The notes: generated from the sequence alone by a model not told the origin. Shown: positions 1-7,112, counted from the first letter of the stretch. The stretch: 11,639 nt of DNA from an uncultured Gemmatimonadota bacterium (GCA_964584035.1 CAZOYL010000083.1:1-11639); one strand, 5' to 3'. Numbers and translations: made by a program.

Positions 1-328
1 TGCAGTGCTCCCGGAGGTTGGCCATCTCCAGGAGATAGATGTTCAGGCCGGCTTCCTGAATGGCGGCGCGAAAGGTGGGCTCGTGCATCTTGGGACTGCA
101 TGAGGCCACCACGACCCGGTTGAGATCGTGTTCGGCGATGGCATCCTTGATGACCTGCTGTCCCGGTTCCGAACAGGTATACTTCTGAAAACCGGAATAG
201 GCCACGTTGGGCAGGTCGGCCGCAAATCGAGCCACTTGCTCGCAATCCACGGTGCCGGCGATATTCAATCCGCACTGGCAGACAAAGACGCCGATGCGGA
301 CCTCTTCGGGGGCACTCCCGTCTGGCAT
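1..328 (-). CDS. hdrA: Heterodisulfide reductase subunit A family protein, N-terminal 109 aa (runs off the left edge; not in the ORF track)
   Basis: Manual translation from ATG at 328 gives MPDGSAPEEVRIGVFVCQCGLNIAGTVDCEQVARFAADLPNVAYSGFQKYTCSEPGQQVIKDAIAEHDLNRVVVASCSPKMHEPTFRAAIQEAGLNIYLLEMANLREHC. It has the HdrA N-terminal signatures RIGVFVCxCGxNI, YxCS, VVVAxCSP..HExTF and ANxREHC. AGGAG lies 7 nt upstream, and there is no stop before the window edge. Confidence 0.95.
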   Translation of the reverse strand, partial: MPDGSAPEEVRIGVFVCQCGLNIAGTVDCEQVARFAADLPNVAYSGFQKYTCSEPGQQVIKDAIAEHDLNRVVVASCSPKMHEPTFRAAIQEAGLNIYLLEMANLREHC

Positions 329-335
329 GATATTG

Positions 336-340
336 CTCCT
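336..340 (-). promoter_or_regulatory. Shine-Dalgarno site (AGGAG) for hdrA
   Basis: Minus strand reads TGAacAGGAGcaatatcATG. Confidence 0.7.
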
Positions 341-342
341 GT

Positions 343-1497
343 TCAGTTTTTCACTTTCGCGGTGGAAGGCAGTGAATCGGCCACCAGGGTGGCGAAATCC
401 TTGATCTCCACGTTCAGCGATCCGCTCAGATGTGTATCCTTCATGGCGCAGGTGAGATGGATCTGGCATTTGGGACAGGCGGTGACGAGCAGGTCGGCAC
501 CGGTCTCCCGGGCCTCCCTGAGGCGTGACATCTGGATCCCCTTGGAGGCCCGATCGCAGTTCATCCAGGCACTGGTCCCACAGCACATGGCGGTGTGACC
601 GTGATGATACATCTCCCGAAGATCCAGCCCCCGGATCGATCTTAAGACATCGCGGGGCTGCTCGTAGATTCCCATGTGCCGGCCCAAACGGCAGGGATCC
701 TGATAGGTGACCGATACATCCAGGGAACCTGTCGGCAGAGAGGCATCGGTCAGCAGTTCGCTGAGATGCATCACCTCGAATTTGAGCCGGCCCAGAAACT
801 GGGGATAATCCTTCTTGAAAGTCCGATATCCCTCCGGGCAGGAGAAAACCACCCGTTCGATCTTTTTCCTCTCGATCTGACGGATGTTGTGACGGGCCAG
901 CCGGAGAAAGTTTTCCTCATCACCGGTCCACAACAGATCGTGCCCGCAGCACCGCTCGTTTTCCAGCAGGCTGGGCTTGATCCCCAGGGCATTGAGAATT
1001 CTGACCGTGCTGCGAGCCGTGTTCAGGGTGCACACGCCCAGATCCTGGAATAGAACATCGAAATAGGGCAGGCAGCCGACGAAATAGAGTGTCTTGCTCC
1101 GGGAGGAAACCGCCAGATCCCCCGTGACCCAGCCCAGTCGGTTCTGACGCAGCCGGGGTGCGGTCATAATCCGCATGAGAGCCTGAAAGGCGCCCCCGTG
1201 AGAACAGAATTCCCGGTGGCCGAGATCCCGGTAGAGGCTCCTGATCTTTCTCTGAAAATCGATAAAGTGCACATCCGATGGGCACCGCTCCTGACACATC
1301 CGGCAGGTCAGACAGGACCACAGCAGGCGGCTCTGAGCCAGCTCTTGTCCCTCGCCCAGCAGGACCGTCCGGACCATGGCCCGGGGCGAGTATGCCTCAT
1401 CATGGAGGGCCACCGGACAGTTGCCGGTGCATTTCCCGCAATCCAGACAATAGTAAGCCCGGGTCTGCCTGATGATCTCGGCAATCTGCTCCATCAT
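343..1497 (-). CDS. HdrD-like Fe-S oxidoreductase (HdrC-like 2x[4Fe-4S] domain plus two CCG domains; no membrane anchor)
   Basis: CLDCGKCTGNCP and CLTCRMCQERCP ferredoxin motifs. CCG domain 1 is FVGC...ERCCG...SCPEG and CCG domain 2 is QDPC...MCCG...TACPKC. AAAGGGA precedes ATGATG. Flanked by an MvhD domain and hdrA. Confidence 0.9.
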   Translation of the reverse strand: MMEQIAEIIRQTRAYYCLDCGKCTGNCPVALHDEAYSPRAMVRTVLLGEGQELAQSRLLWSCLTCRMCQERCPSDVHFIDFQRKIRSLYRDLGHREFCSHGGAFQALMRIMTAPRLRQNRLGWVTGDLAVSSRSKTLYFVGCLPYFDVLFQDLGVCTLNTARSTVRILNALGIKPSLLENERCCGHDLLWTGDEENFLRLARHNIRQIERKKIERVVFSCPEGYRTFKKDYPQFLGRLKFEVMHLSELLTDASLPTGSLDVSVTYQDPCRLGRHMGIYEQPRDVLRSIRGLDLREMYHHGHTAMCCGTSAWMNCDRASKGIQMSRLREARETGADLLVTACPKCQIHLTCAMKDTHLSGSLNVEIKDFATLVADSLPSTAKVKN

Positions 1498-1512
1498 CGT
1501 TCCCTTTCACCC

Positions 1513-3936
1513 TCAACCGGACAGGGGGCTGGGGCCCAGCTTTCCGACGGCCCCGGCGAAGCGCCTGACCTTCCTCAGCAGACGGTCGGCCTGGCCGGGC
1601 TTGACCGTCTCCAGACGCACCCGGCCGACTTCGATGCCCAGCGTGCTGATCAGCCGGCGGACGTTATCCAGCTGGCCTTCGGCGATCTCTCCGCCGGATC
1701 CGTAGTGACACTGCTGAGGATCACAGCCCAACAGCAGCACGCCGTCGGCGCCTGCCTCAAAGGCCCGCAGGACCAAACCCGGATGGACGCTGCCCAGGCA
1801 CATCACCCGAATGGGCCACAGATCGGCCGGCAGGGTCAGCCTGACACTCTCCAGCAGGGGATAGCCGCTCCAGTGGCAGGCAAATGCCACCAGGCGGGGC
1901 TGGGCGTCCTGACCGGTGCGTTTTCGGTTAGCCGGGGAGGGCCACAGCCGTTCCAGCTGTCCGACCAGGTGCTGTTCGGTGAAGTGACCCATGATGCTGG
2001 CGCCGGTGGGGCAGACGGCGGCACAGGCCCCGCAGCCCCGGCAGAGAGCGGCATCCACCTGGGAGATGACCATCTCCTGGCCCCCGGACACCATCCGGCG
2101 AGCCTCGTAGGGGCAGGCCTGGACGCATTCGGCGCAGCCCCGGCAGAGCTGTTCCCAGACCCGGCAGATCACCGGCGAGGCCAGCGCCGCGACCTTCTGC
2201 CCGTCAGGATGCTCGATGAGCATCTCCCAGGGCCCGTCGTCGTCGGGAAATCGCTCCGCTATCCAGGGGATCCGCACCAGGGTCTCCCCCACGCCGGCCC
2301 CCGGGAGGGAGACGGCCATGAGCTTTTTCTCACAGGAGGCGATGCACTCGGCGCACTCCTGGCAGGGCCCGCACATGAGACACCGTTGGGCCTCTCTGAC
2401 GGCCATTTTTTCGGTGGGTGCCAGGGTCGTCTCCTCGAAGTGATCCCTCCATGACGGCGTTCCCACCCGACGAACCCGCATCCGGGCCTGCTTCTGAACC
2501 ACCCAGTCCTCGATGACGACCTCCGATGACCGGGCCTCGCCGACGGCGGCCGGCCCGTCCGGAGCGGTGTCGCCCAGAAAGCGCCTGATCGAGACGGCGG
2601 CCTGATGGCCCATGGCGATCGCCTCGATAACCGACTTGGGTCCGCTGACCACATCGCCCCCGGCGAAGATGCCCTCCTGGTCCGTCGCCAGGGTTTCCGC
2701 ATCGACCACCAGGTGATTCCAGCGGGACACCTGGAAGCGATGCCGCCGGGGTAAAAAAGACAGGTCCGGCTCCTGATGGATGCCGAAGATGATCGCGTCG
2801 GCATTCAGCACCAGCCGGGAATTCCCCACCGGTTTGGGCTCTCGCCTTCCAACCCGGTCGGGTGGAGCCGACCGCAGCCGCCGGCAGACCAGTCCCCGGA
2901 CCTGACCGGCGCGGCCCAGGACCCTGACCGGCTCCAGATGCTCATGAACCGTGACCCCCTCCCGCTGCGCCTGCCTGGTCATGTCGGGATAGGGCCATTC
3001 CTCCCGGGAACGGCGATAGATCAGGTCCACCTGTCGGGCTCCCAGACGCACGGCCGTTCTGGCCGCGTCCAGGGCGGCGTAACCGGCTCCGACGACGATC
3101 ACCCGGCTGCCCGGCCGGCCGCCATCGCCGAGATGGACCTTCTTCAGAAAGGACAGCGCATCGGAACAGCCCTCGAGATCCTCCCCGGGGATGCCCATCT
3201 TCAATCCCCGATGGGCCCCGGTGGCCACGAAGGCCGCCTGATAACCTCTCTGGAGTAATCGCCCGGGATCTACGATCCTCCTGCCGGTACGGATATCCAC
3301 GCCCTGCGCGGCGATGGCGGCGATCTCGGCCGCGATGACGTCCCGGGGTAGACGGAAGGGCGGAATGCCCACGGTCAGCATGCCGCCGGCTACCGGCAGA
3401 GCCTCGAATACGGTCACATCGTATCCCCGGCGGGCCAGATCGCTGGCCGCCGTCAATCCGGCCGGTCCGGAGCCCACCACGGCCACCTTCCGGCCGTTCT
3501 TCCGTTCGGCGGGCAGGGCCTCCCTCTCCGCGGGAGGATGGTTGCTTTCATAGTCGGCCACGAACCGCTTCAGAGCCCGGATGGCGACCGGCTCGTCCAC
3601 CTCTCCGCGGCGGCACTCCGGCTCACAGGGATGCAGGCAGACCCGGCCGCAAATGGCCGGAAAGGGATTGGTTTCCCTGATCAGGTCCAGCGATTTCTGA
3701 AATTTACCGGCGGCGATGAGGCCAACATAGGCCTTGACATTTGTGCCCAGCGGGCAGGCCACCTGGCACTGAGAATCCCCGATCCGTCTGAGGGTGTAAG
3801 GCCCCCGATCGGCCTGCGGAAACTGCAGGGTGACGCCCTCCCGGCGGAGCAGTTCGGCGACACCGGCCATGGTGTCCTGTCCGGTCAGGCTGCTCATCAC
3901 GATTCTTTTTTTATCGGTTCTTCGATCGGTTTGCAC
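1513..3936 (-). CDS. Fusion protein: GltD/NfnB/SudA-like FAD/NAD(P)H oxidoreductase, [4Fe-4S] ferredoxin motifs and C-terminal MvhD-like [2Fe-2S] domain (start uncertain: GTG 3936, GTG 3900/ATG 3897, or ATG 3870)
   Basis: CQVACP...NPFPAICGRVCLHPCEPECRR (GltD Fe-S domain), VAVVGSGPAG (FAD), ATGA, VIVVGAG...IYRR (NAD(P)H) and FAGGD...AIAMG. Then EAQRCLMCGPCQECAECIASC, CRGCAECVQACP and CRGCGACAAVCP. The C-terminal AFACHW...IRVMCLGSV...AFEAGADGVLLLGC...CHYGSG...LGPSP is the MvhD/FlpD signature. Confidence 0.9.
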   Translation of the reverse strand: MQTDRRTDKKRIVMSSLTGQDTMAGVAELLRREGVTLQFPQADRGPYTLRRIGDSQCQVACPLGTNVKAYVGLIAAGKFQKSLDLIRETNPFPAICGRVCLHPCEPECRRGEVDEPVAIRALKRFVADYESNHPPAEREALPAERKNGRKVAVVGSGPAGLTAASDLARRGYDVTVFEALPVAGGMLTVGIPPFRLPRDVIAAEIAAIAAQGVDIRTGRRIVDPGRLLQRGYQAAFVATGAHRGLKMGIPGEDLEGCSDALSFLKKVHLGDGGRPGSRVIVVGAGYAALDAARTAVRLGARQVDLIYRRSREEWPYPDMTRQAQREGVTVHEHLEPVRVLGRAGQVRGLVCRRLRSAPPDRVGRREPKPVGNSRLVLNADAIIFGIHQEPDLSFLPRRHRFQVSRWNHLVVDAETLATDQEGIFAGGDVVSGPKSVIEAIAMGHQAAVSIRRFLGDTAPDGPAAVGEARSSEVVIEDWVVQKQARMRVRRVGTPSWRDHFEETTLAPTEKMAVREAQRCLMCGPCQECAECIASCEKKLMAVSLPGAGVGETLVRIPWIAERFPDDDGPWEMLIEHPDGQKVAALASPVICRVWEQLCRGCAECVQACPYEARRMVSGGQEMVISQVDAALCRGCGACAAVCPTGASIMGHFTEQHLVGQLERLWPSPANRKRTGQDAQPRLVAFACHWSGYPLLESVRLTLPADLWPIRVMCLGSVHPGLVLRAFEAGADGVLLLGCDPQQCHYGSGGEIAEGQLDNVRRLISTLGIEVGRVRLETVKPGQADRLLRKVRRFAGAVGKLGPSPLSG

Positions 3937-3983
3937 AGCAGGATCGGTCCTTTGTCCGCTCTTGGATCGAATGCCCGGCGGGC

Positions 3984-4772
3984 TCAGTCCTTCCTGAGCC
4001 GCTGGAGAAACTCCTCATAGGCCGAGACCGGCTCCATCCGGCAATCCCGGGCTACGAAGGCCGGGTGAGTCTCCATGCTGTCCCGGAAGCGCTGATCCAC
4101 CTCACAGGTGGCGCATCGAAAACTGTTGGCACACAGGGCATAAGGAAGGATGCCCAGCAGCGAATAACGGCACTGACGGAGCGGCCCGGTGCGGCTCCGG
4201 AAAAGCTCCGCCGTCTCGCTCTCCATCTGCACGGTACCGGTGGGGCACACATAGGAACAGGCCCCGCAGGCGATACAGGCATCGGAGAGCTCCTCGAACG
4301 GCGTCGTCAGCCGTCGCTGCGAGCCCCGGCCGGCGAAGCAGATGGCGCTGGCGCCGATCACATCTTCGCAAATCCGGACGCACAGCCCGCAGAGGATGCA
4401 GTCCTCCTCCGGAGACTCGGCCGGAAACCGCGCGTCAGAGACCCGATACCGGGCTGCCAGGGCGCGAAGCACGGCCGCCCGGGGAGCCCGGGAGAGCAGC
4501 AGCTCCAGATTCATCCGGCGGGCTCTTAGCGCCCTGGGCGAACGCGTCAGGACTCTGATTCCGGATCGAACGGGCGTATTGCACGAGGTGACCAGTCGAG
4601 AGCCCTCGGCGTCCCGCACCTCCACCATGCACAGCCGGCAGGCCGCATAGGGCTCAAGGGCCGGGTGATAACACAGAGCCGGAATCTCTATGCCCACCGC
4701 CCGGGCCGCTGCCAGGATGGTCTGTCCCTCCTGAGCCCGGACTTGTTTTCCGTCGATGGTCAGCGAAACCAT
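3984..4772 (-). CDS. NuoG/HydA N-terminal-like Fe-S subunit ([2Fe-2S] plus 2x[4Fe-4S]) lacking a catalytic domain, with an extra C-terminal Cys4 module
   Basis: LTIDGK...IPALC...ACRLCMVEV...VTSC ([2Fe-2S]), CILCGLCVRIC and CIACGACSYVCPTG. No H-cluster or Mo/W-bisPGD domain. GAGGAG at 4778-4783 precedes the ATG. Confidence 0.9.
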   Translation of the reverse strand: MVSLTIDGKQVRAQEGQTILAAARAVGIEIPALCYHPALEPYAACRLCMVEVRDAEGSRLVTSCNTPVRSGIRVLTRSPRALRARRMNLELLLSRAPRAAVLRALAARYRVSDARFPAESPEEDCILCGLCVRICEDVIGASAICFAGRGSQRRLTTPFEELSDACIACGACSYVCPTGTVQMESETAELFRSRTGPLRQCRYSLLGILPYALCANSFRCATCEVDQRFRDSMETHPAFVARDCRMEPVSAYEEFLQRLRKD

Positions 4773-4781
4773 GCTGGCTCC

Positions 4782-6581
4782 TCACTCGATCCGAACGGCG
4801 CCGAAGCGGCAGACATCAAAACAGATCCCGCATTTAACGCACTTGGTCTGGTCCACGGCGTGAGGCTCTTTTTTGTTGCCCGTAATGGCCCCCTGGGGAC
4901 ATTCCCGGGCGCAGCGGGTGCATCCGGTACAGTTTTCCGCGATAATGGTATAGGTGTTCAGCTGCCGGCAGACACGGGCAGGGCACTTTTTCTTCCGAAT
5001 ATGGGTCTCATATTCGTCCCGGAAATAGCGCAGCGTGGTCAGCACCGGATTGGGAGCCGTCTTGCCCAGGCCGCACAGAGACGTCTCGCGGACCTCATGG
5101 GCCAGAGCCTCCAGAGTGTCGAGATCCTTCATCGTGCCCTGGCCGCGAGTGATCTTGTTCAGGATGTGGAGCATCATCCGGGTGCCCTCGCGACAGGGAG
5201 TACACTTGCCGCAGGACTCGTCCTGGGTGAAACCCAGGAAGTAGCGGGCGATGTCCACCATGCAGGTATCCTCATCCAGCACCACCATCCCGCCGGAGCC
5301 CATCATCGAGCCCGCCTCGCTGAGGCTTTCATAATCCACCGGGAGATCCAGCAGCTCGGCCGGAATACAGCCTCCCGAGGGACCCCCGGTCTGGACCGCC
5401 TTGAAGGCTTTCCCGTCGGGAATGCCCCCGCCGATATCATAGATGATCTCCCGCAGGGTGATGCCCATGGGCACCTCCACCAGGCCGGTATTGCTGATCT
5501 TGCCCACCAGGGAGAAGACCTTGGTGCCCTTGCTGGTATCCGTCCCGATCTGCGAAAACCATTCGGCCCCGCGGCGGAGAATGGTGGGAATATTGGCCCA
5601 GGTTTCGACATTGTTGTTGTTGGTGGGCTTGCCGAAAATACCCTGTTCGGTAGGAAAGGGCGGGCGCGGCCGGGGCTCTCCCAGACGGCCCTCGATGGAG
5701 GCCATCAGGGCCGTCTCCTCACCGCACACGAAAGCGCCGGCCCCGCGGGTAATATGGATGTCGAAATCGAATCCCGATCCCAGGATGTTGTTCCCCAACA
5801 GCCCGTATTCGCGGGCCTGCTCCATGGCGATATGAAGTCTCTTCAGGGCCAGGGGATATTCGTTACGGATATAGACATGTCCCCGGTCGGCACCGATGGC
5901 ATAAGCCCCGATAATCATCCCCTCGATGACGGCATGGGGGTCCGACTCGATGATGCTGCGGTCCATGAACGCCCCGGGATCTCCCTCATCGGCGTTGCAG
6001 CAGACGAATTTCCCGCCGCCGTTGGACCGCGCCTGGCGGGTCAGGCGCCATTTCAGCCCGGTCGGAAAACCGGCCCCGCCGCGTCCCCGCAGCCCGGAAT
6101 CGGTGACCTCCTCGATGACCTCCTCCGGCGTCATCCCGCTGAGGACCTTCTCCAGAGCAAAATAACCATCCCGGGCGATGTACTCGTCGATCTTCTCGGG
6201 ATCGATCAGGCCGCGATTCCGGAGTACGATCAGCCGCTGGCGCTTGAAAAAACCGATATCGTTCATCCGCGGGACGGGCAGCGCCTCGCCGGGAGGCGTG
6301 TACATCAGCCTCTTCACCGGGCGGCCCTTGAGCAGATGCTCTTCCACCAGCAGGGGTATATCCTTTTCACTGAGCTGCTGATAGAAAATACCATCCGGCT
6401 GGACCACCATCAACGGACCGACGGCACAGAAACCGTTGCAGCCGGTCGTGATCACGGCCACCTCGTTTTGCAGCCCGCGCCTTTCGATCTCCCGCGTGAG
6501 GGTTTCTTTGATCTGGAACGACCGGTTCGAGACACAGGCCGTGCCGGCACAGACCATGCAGTATGCGCGATATTCCTTCAA
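4782..6581 (-). CDS. nuoF: NuoF/HydB/HndC-like FMN- and NADH-binding subunit (long, bifurcating-type BfuB architecture); TTG start
   Basis: N-terminal thioredoxin-like [2Fe-2S] motif (CAGTAC...GCNGFC), GLRGRGGAGFPTGLKW, NADEGDPGAFMDR, GAGAFVCGEETAL, GGPSGG, ESCGKCTPCREG...LCGLG, and C-terminal CTGCTRCARECP / CVKCGICFDVC. GAGG lies 8 nt upstream of TTG. The symbol denotes the family; this is not a respiratory complex I operon. Confidence 0.95.
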   Translation of the reverse strand: MKEYRAYCMVCAGTACVSNRSFQIKETLTREIERRGLQNEVAVITTGCNGFCAVGPLMVVQPDGIFYQQLSEKDIPLLVEEHLLKGRPVKRLMYTPPGEALPVPRMNDIGFFKRQRLIVLRNRGLIDPEKIDEYIARDGYFALEKVLSGMTPEEVIEEVTDSGLRGRGGAGFPTGLKWRLTRQARSNGGGKFVCCNADEGDPGAFMDRSIIESDPHAVIEGMIIGAYAIGADRGHVYIRNEYPLALKRLHIAMEQAREYGLLGNNILGSGFDFDIHITRGAGAFVCGEETALMASIEGRLGEPRPRPPFPTEQGIFGKPTNNNNVETWANIPTILRRGAEWFSQIGTDTSKGTKVFSLVGKISNTGLVEVPMGITLREIIYDIGGGIPDGKAFKAVQTGGPSGGCIPAELLDLPVDYESLSEAGSMMGSGGMVVLDEDTCMVDIARYFLGFTQDESCGKCTPCREGTRMMLHILNKITRGQGTMKDLDTLEALAHEVRETSLCGLGKTAPNPVLTTLRYFRDEYETHIRKKKCPARVCRQLNTYTIIAENCTGCTRCARECPQGAITGNKKEPHAVDQTKCVKCGICFDVCRFGAVRIE

Positions 6582-6703
6582 CCTGAAAACCTCTTTCCTG
6601 ACAGCCCCGGCATCTCTCCGGACGGCGGGGCCGCATGCCCGGCCCGGCCGGCGGCATTCCCGGCGAATTCCCGGAAGCTCCCGGCCTTGATCTCTCCGTC
6701 TGC

Positions 6704-7087
6704 TCAGCCCGTCCGCTCGCTGCCCAGAGCCAGAGCATAGTCGGCCACGATCTCGCCTTCCTGGACATGACGGGCGAAGATCCGGCGGGCTTTCTCGCCC
6801 GTCAGATCGACATACTTGACCGGCGCCTGTCCGCTCAGCTGAACGGTGGCCATGGGCTCACGGCTGCACAGCCCGGCGCAGCCGGAGGTGGTGACGATGA
6901 CATCCTGGACCTTGTTTTTCTCAATCTCATCGAGGAAGGCCAGCATGATCTCCCGCGCTCCGGCAGCGATTCCGCAGGTACCCATATGGACGGTGATTTT
7001 AGCCCGTCCGGCGCCTTCCCGCAGGGAGGTCATTCTTCGGGATTTCTGTTTGATCTTTTTCAGATCCTCCAGGGTCAATCTGGCCAT
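6704..7087 (-). CDS. HndB/HydD-like thioredoxin-fold (2Fe-2S) ferredoxin-domain subunit
   Basis: ITVHMGTCGIAAGAR and TSGCAGLCSREP match the three-Cys small subunit found between nuoE- and nuoF-like genes in tetrameric hydrogenase operons. GAAAGGA lies upstream of the ATG. Confidence 0.85.
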   Translation of the reverse strand: MARLTLEDLKKIKQKSRRMTSLREGAGRAKITVHMGTCGIAAGAREIMLAFLDEIEKNKVQDVIVTTSGCAGLCSREPMATVQLSGQAPVKYVDLTGEKARRIFARHVQEGEIVADYALALGSERTG

Positions 7088-7112
7088 GATTTTTTCCTTT
7101 CGGCCCGGGCGC

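Noticed and set aside
1..1900. Evidence of methanogenesis
   Set aside because: HdrA, HdrD-like and MvhD modules are widespread in non-methanogenic anaerobes, and nothing methanogen-specific is in the window.
1198..2454. 418-aa plus-strand ORF, and the other plus-strand ORFs (e.g. 6846-7748, 7827-8744, 8982-9902, 10073-10816)
   Set aside because: All lie opposite motif-rich minus-strand genes and show no domain signatures.
1513..3936. Glutamate synthase small subunit (gltD) working with the 2-oxoglutarate oxidoreductase
   Set aside because: There is no gltB in the window, the Fe-S motif order is permuted, and the MvhD fusion points to Hdr-linked electron transfer.
3984..4772. Truncated hydA/nuoG pseudogene
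   Set aside because: The frame and RBS are intact, three cluster motifs are complete, the Cys4 tail looks ordered, and no catalytic-domain remnant follows downstream.
4770..4784. Read-through fusion of the nuoF-like and nuoG-like genes (in frame: GAG TGA GGA GCC AGC ATG)
   Set aside because: The downstream gene has its own GAGGAG ribosome site and ATG, and the TGA is not at a Cys-equivalent position.
6600..6700. CRISPR array or intrinsic terminator in the spacer
   Set aside because: The repeats are only 5-9 bp with no spacer structure, and I could not identify a clear stem-loop followed by a long U-tract on the minus strand.
4665..6740. 691-aa plus-strand ORF
   Set aside because: Antisense shadow of the nuoF-like gene. 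It has no recognisable motifs, and long antisense ORFs are expected with GC-rich codon bias.
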